A stretch of 63,427 nt of DNA, filler included, from Sphaeroforma arctica JP610 (lineage: Eukaryota): the NCBI RefSeq assembly GCF_001186125.1. It is 6 parts of 2 records of this genome, joined end to end, with 100 filler letters (N's around TTAATTAATTAA, not from the genome) between each part and the next. Parts side by side here need not be neighbours in the genome. Positions count along the whole stretch, not along the records: positions 44,174 to 63,427 come from NW_014040533.1; 5 more parts are not named here. The stretch is one strand, 5' to 3'. The position numbers and the translations under genes were made by a program. The first letter of the stretch is position 1, and each line of letters starts with the position of its first letter. Positions 62,870-63,427 of the stretch are shown here, piece by piece. Below the pieces are notes generated by a model. It saw only the letters and a program-made list of their open reading frames with translations, made no database searches and had not been told where the DNA came from.

Positions 62870-63329
62870 ATGCAGGAAGTCAATCAGATGCTGTCATCTA
62901 CCAGTGTAGATGACAAAGGGGGAAACCAATTCAAGAAGCGGGACGCCCTAATCGAATTGGAGGCCAAAGCTCAGAAGAAATGGGACACTTTAAAGGTATT
63001 TGAATCGGACGCGCCTGAGGCAGGCACACAGGAATTCGAGGATAAAAACAAGTACATGTGCACATTCCCCTATCCGTACATGAACGGACGATTGCATCTC
63101 GGACATTCGTTCTCGCTATCGAAATGCGAGTTTAGTGTGGGATTCGAGCGTCTAAAGGGAAAGAACGCTCTGTTCCCCTTCGGATTCCATTGTACTGGTA
63201 TGCCCATCAAAGCGTGTGCTGATAAGCTCGCTCGCGAGATGGAGTTGTACGGATGTCCACCGCAGTTTCCCACTGAAGAATCGTCCAATTCTGGCGTCGA
63301 GAAGAAGTCCAAGATCGCTGCCAAAGAAG
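62870..63329 (+). CDS. LARS1: Cytosolic leucyl-tRNA synthetase, first exon (gene continues beyond the window)
   Basis: [28 protein letters not shown] (HIGH-type motif), [20 protein letters not shown] and KSKIAAK. Donor GT at 63330. Confidence 0.96.
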
Positions 63330-63427
63330 GTAAATATGAATTGTAGATGTATATGTACATGTTTAGTACATATATACATGTCATCATATATCTACACACA
63401 AACACACAAACACATACGTGCAAATTT

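Overview
Eukaryotic, intron-rich genomic DNA with GT-AG introns, abundant CA/TA microsatellites and several assembly gaps, five of which contain an artificial TTAATTAATTAA spacer. The gene content suggests a unicellular opisthokont such as an ichthyosporean (inference only). I reconstructed nine spliced genes: a DEK-C/SWIB protein (+), a HIG1/Rcf2-like protein (+), mitochondrial-type ribosomal protein S8 (-, partial), GH89 alpha-N-acetylglucosaminidase (-, partial), a CAMK/AMPK-related kinase (+, partial), battenin/CLN3 (-), Sec61 gamma (+), a trifunctional HIS4-type histidine enzyme (-) and cytosolic leucyl-tRNA synthetase (+, first exon). The main discovery is a nest of degenerate Ty3/Gypsy-type LTR retrotransposons at about 35.7-44.1 kb. 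Their pol reads RNase H, then a Dam-like N6-adenine DNA methyltransferase (DMFA...NPPW), then an HHCC/DDE integrase with a GPY motif, then a chromodomain-like tail. That methyltransferase type is known from DIRS tyrosine-recombinase retroelements, but here it sits in a DDE-integrase LTR element. Both copies also share one in-frame TGA inside the integrase. A second recurring pattern is that many introns and 3' flanks are built from tandem duplications anchored on splice junctions or stop codons. Several promoter-side intergenic stretches also show dense micro-duplication stutter.
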